A DNA stretch of 64,000 nt from Squalus acanthias (taxonomy: Eukaryota). The stretch is taken from positions 58,158,001 through 58,222,000 of the forward strand of contig CM059432.1 of assembly GCA_030390025.1 (NCBI GenBank). The letters run 5' to 3'. Under the pieces are notes generated by a model that ran no database searches, was not told the DNA's origin, and saw nothing but the letters and a program-made list of their open reading frames with translations. Below, piece after piece: positions 60,134 through 64,000 of the stretch (positions within the stretch are counted from its first letter, which is position 1; every line of letters begins with the position of its first letter). Both the position numbers and the translations under genes were made by a program.

Positions 60134-62257
60134 GAATCATAGAATCATAGAATGGTTACAGCATGGAAGGAGGCCATTTGGCCCGTTGAGCCCGTGCTGG
60201 CTCTCTGCAAGAGCATTTCAGCTAGTCCCACTCCCCTGCCTTTTCCCCGTAGCCCTGCAAATGTTTTTCCTTCAGGTACTTATCCAACTCCGTCTTGATT
60301 GAATCTGCCTCCACCACCTTTGCAGGCAGTGCATTCCAGATCCTAACCACTCGCTGAATAAAAAAGTTTTTCCTCATGTTGCCTTTGGACCTTCTGCCAA
60401 TCACCTTAAATCTGTGTCCTCTGGTTCTCGACCCTTCCGTCAATGGGAACAGTTTCTTTCTATTTACTCTGTCCAGACCCCTTATGATTTTGAACACCTC
60501 TATCAAATCTCCTCTCAATCTTCTCTGCTCCAAGGAGAACAACACCCGCTTCTCCAGTCTACCCATGCAACTGAAGTCCCTCATCCCTGGAACCATTCAT
60601 GCAAATCTTTTCTGCGCCCTTCTAAAGCGTTCGCATCCTTCCTAAAGTGCGGTGCCTAGAATTGGACACAATACTCTAGTTGAGGCCGAACCAGTGTTTT
60701 ATACAGGTTCATCATAATCTCCATGCTTTTGTACTCTATACCTCTATTCATGAAGCCCAGGATCCCGTATGCTTTTTTAACTGCTTTCTCAACCTGCCCT
60801 GCCACCTTCAACGATTTGTGTACATATACCCCTAGATCTCTCTGTTCATGCACCCCGTTTAGGATTGTACCCTTTAGTTTAGATTTCCTCTCTTCATTAT
60901 TTCCACCAAATGTATCACTTCGCACTTTTCTGCATTAAATTTCATCTGCCACGTGTCCGCCATTCCACCAGCCTGTCTATGTCCTCTTGATGTCTATCAC
61001 TGTCCGCCTCCCTTTTCACCATACTTCCAAGTTTTGTGTCATCTGCAAATTTTCAAATTGTGCCCTGTACTCCCACATCCAAGTCATTAATATATATCAA
61101 GAAAAGCAGTGGTCCGAGAGCCGATCCCTGGGGAACACGACTGTATACCTTCCTCCAGTTCGAAAAACAGCCGTTCACCATTACTCTCTGTTTCCTGTCA
61201 CTTAGCCAATTTTGTATCCATGCTGCCACTGTCCCTTTTATTCCATGGGCTTCAACTTTGCTGGCAAGCCTATTATATGGTACTTTGTTGAATGCCTTTT
61301 GGAAATCCGTGTACACCACGTCAACCGCATTGCCCTCATCAACCCTCTCTGTTACCTCATCAAAAAATTCGATCAAGTTGGTTAAACATGATTTGCCTTT
61401 AACAAATCTGTGCTGGCTTTCCTTAATTAATCCACATTTGTCCAAGTGACTGTTAATTTTGTCCCTGATTATTGTTTCTAAAAGCTTCCCACTACAGAGG
61501 TTAAACTGACTGGCCTGTAGTTGCTGGGTTTATCTGTACATCCTTTTTTGAACAAGGGTGTAACATTTGCAATTCTCCAGTCCTCTGTCACCACCCCCGT
61601 TTCTAAGGAGGATTGGAAGATTATGGGCAGTATCTCCACGATTTCTTCCTTCGCTTCCCTCAGCATCCTAGGATGCATCCCATCTGGTCCTGGTGACTTA
61701 TCTACTTTAAGTACAGCCAGCCTTTCTAATACCTCCTCTTTATCAATTTTTATCCCATCCAGTATTTCCTCTACCTCCTCCTTCACTATATGGCAACATC
61801 TTCTTCCTTGGTGAAGACAGATGCAAAGTACTCATTTAGCACCTCAGCCATATCCTCTGCCTCCATGCTTAGGTCTCCTTTTTCATCCCTAATTGCCCCA
61901 CCCCTCCTCTTACTACCTGGTTACTATTTATATGCTTATAGAAGACTTTTGGATTACTTTTTATGTTAGCTGCCATTCTATTCTCATACCCTCTCTTTGC
62001 CCCTCTTATTTTCTTTTTCACTTCTCCTCTGAACTTTCTATATTTAGCCTGATTCTCAGATGTATTCTCGACCTGACATCTGTAATACGCGCTCTTTTAC
62101 TGCTTCATCTTACTCTCTATCTCTTTCATCATCCAGGGAGCTCTGACTTTAGTTGCCCTACTTTACCCCCGAGTGGGAATGTACCTCGACTGTACCCAAA
62201 CTATTTCCTCTTTAAATGCAGCCCATTGTTCCACTACAGTTTTGCCTGCCAATCTTT
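60134..62257 (-). mobile_element. CR1 LINE ORF2 (decayed) with (ATTCTATG)n tail
   Basis: Broken RT ORFs 60222-60596, 60656-60925, 61053-61445 and 61478-61786; interrupted at 62258 by a MITE. Confidence 0.93.
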
Positions 62258-62655
62258 GGGGGTGATTTTGCCAATGGGGGCGCGTTGGAGGCGGGACTGC
62301 TGCTTGTTGGGTTTTAGTCCTGCCTCCATCGACTTGTGGCCAACCCACGCTATTTTCCCTTGATTGACCTTGTTAAGCCTGCCCAGCAGGCTTAGCAGGC
62401 CAATTAAGGGGAAGCCGGTTACAGAGAACGTCAGCGTATGATGTTTCATCTGTCAAAAATTTTTGACAGATGAATTGTCATCGTTTGACAGCTCTGTGAA
62501 GCTGTCAAACACTGACATTCTCTGTTGTTTGATGAGTCCTTGTATTCAAGACTCATCAAACCTATCTGCTGAGCAGAAATCAGATGGCTGTTGCATCGGA
62601 GAATGCAGCAGCAATCTGTCATCTCTGCCGGTGAGATGCGGGAGTCTTCGGTTTC
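62258..62655 (+). mobile_element. Second copy (left part) of the hairpin-array MITE, interrupted by a young CR1
   Basis: Colinear with 15121-15490; TIR GGGGGTGATTTTGCCA. Confidence 0.88.
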
Positions 62656-64000
62656 ATAAGAACATAAGAACATAAGAAATAGGAGCAGGAGTAGGCCAAT
62701 CGGCCCCTCGAGCCTGCTCCGCCATTCAATAAGATCATGGCTGATCTGATCCTAACCGCCAATCTACTATCACAGAACCATCTCCTGCATCTAACAGAAT
62801 TGCACACACGAAATAGGAGCAGAATCAGGCTACACGGTCCCTGGGCCCGCTCCACTACCCACAGGGCCATGACCGATCCGAACCTAGACTCATGTCCAAA
62901 TTCCTGCCCGCTCCCCGTAACCCTTAATGCCCTTTACTTCTAGGAAACTGTCTATTTCTGTTTTAAATTTAATTAATGTTGTAGCTTCTACAGCTTTTTG
63001 TGGCAGCATATTCCATGGACCTACCACCCTCTGAGTGAAGTAGTTCCTCCTCATCTCAGTTTTGAAAGAGCAGCCCCTTATTCTAAGACTATGTCCCCTA
63101 GTTCTAGTCTCACCCGTCATCGGGAACATCCTCCCCGCATCCACCCGATCCAACCCCTTCACAATCTTATATGTTTCAATAAGATCGCCTCTCATTCTTC
63201 TGAACTCCAATGAGTAGAGTCCCAATCTACCCAACCTCTCCTCATATGACCACCCCCTCATCCCCGGGATTAACCAAGTGAACCTTTTTTGCACTGCCTC
63301 GAGAGCAAGGATGTCTTTCCTTAAGTAAGGACACCAAAACTGTATGCAGTATTCCAGGTGCGGTCTCACCAATACCTTGTACAACTGAAGCAATACCTCC
63401 CTATTTTTATATTCTATCCCCCTAGCAATGAAAGCCAACATTCCATTTGCCTTCTTAATCACTTGCTGCACCTGCATACTAACCTTTTGAGTTTCGTGCA
63501 CCAGGACCCCCAGATCCCTTTGCACTTCAGTACTCTCCAGTTTCTTGCCATTAAGATAATAAATTGCTCTAGGATTTTTCCTGCCAAAGTGCATCACCTC
63601 ACACTTTCCAGTGTTGTATTCCATCTGCCAAATCTCTGCCCACTTATTTAGCCTGTCTATGTTCCCTTGCAGGTTTTTTATGTCCTCCTCACTCACTACT
63701 TTCCCTCCCATCTTAGTATCATCTGCAAATTTTGATATGTTACACTTGGTCCCTTCCTCCAAATCGTTAATATAGATTGTGAAGAGTTGGGGACCCAGCA
63801 CTGACCCCTGTGGAACACCACTAGTTACTGATTGCCAGTCTGAGAATGAACCATTTATCCCAACTCTTTGCTTTCTGTTAGATAGCCAATCCTCTATCCA
63901 TGCCAGAATATTACCCCCAATCCCGTGATTTTTTACCTTAAGCAATAATCTTTTGTGTGGCACCTTGTCAAATGCCTTTTGGAAGTCTAAATACACTACG
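62656..64000 (-). mobile_element. Young CR1 LINE 3' part, RT frame open from window edge to 62890
   Basis: 368-aa ORF 62890-63996 without stops; tail (TTCTTATG)x3 at 62656-62680. Confidence 0.96.

Overview
Repeat-saturated vertebrate genomic DNA, very likely from a shark or other cartilaginous fish. It carries an HE1/V-SINE, a DeuSINE, LF-SINE-like copies and HER1/CR1-type LINEs; family names are recognised from memory, not by database search. No complete host gene is visible, and two small splice-flanked candidate exons (16469-16518, 55639-55700) suggest the window is mostly intron. Contents: about ten CR1-clade LINE copies (two with uninterrupted RT frames); two full-length but decayed PIF/Harbinger transposons with convergent Myb/SANT and HARBI1-like nuclease genes; further decayed Harbingers and many Harbinger-type MITEs with 3-bp TSDs; a hAT element with an 8-bp TSD; a Tigger-like MITE; a solo LTR; and Penelope-like fragments with hammerhead ribozyme motifs. 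The most unusual observations are: (1) a MITE family with a dense array of hairpins, including a 30-bp perfect palindrome and compensatory changes between two copies; (2) an APE-RT LINE with a tRNA-like, MER131-like head and no ORF1; (3) two independent CR1 insertions at the Myb motif of Harbinger genes, both in frame, one giving a 915-aa Myb-RT chimeric ORF; (4) 69-bp monomers at a CR1 5' end and a duplicated CR1 3' tail.
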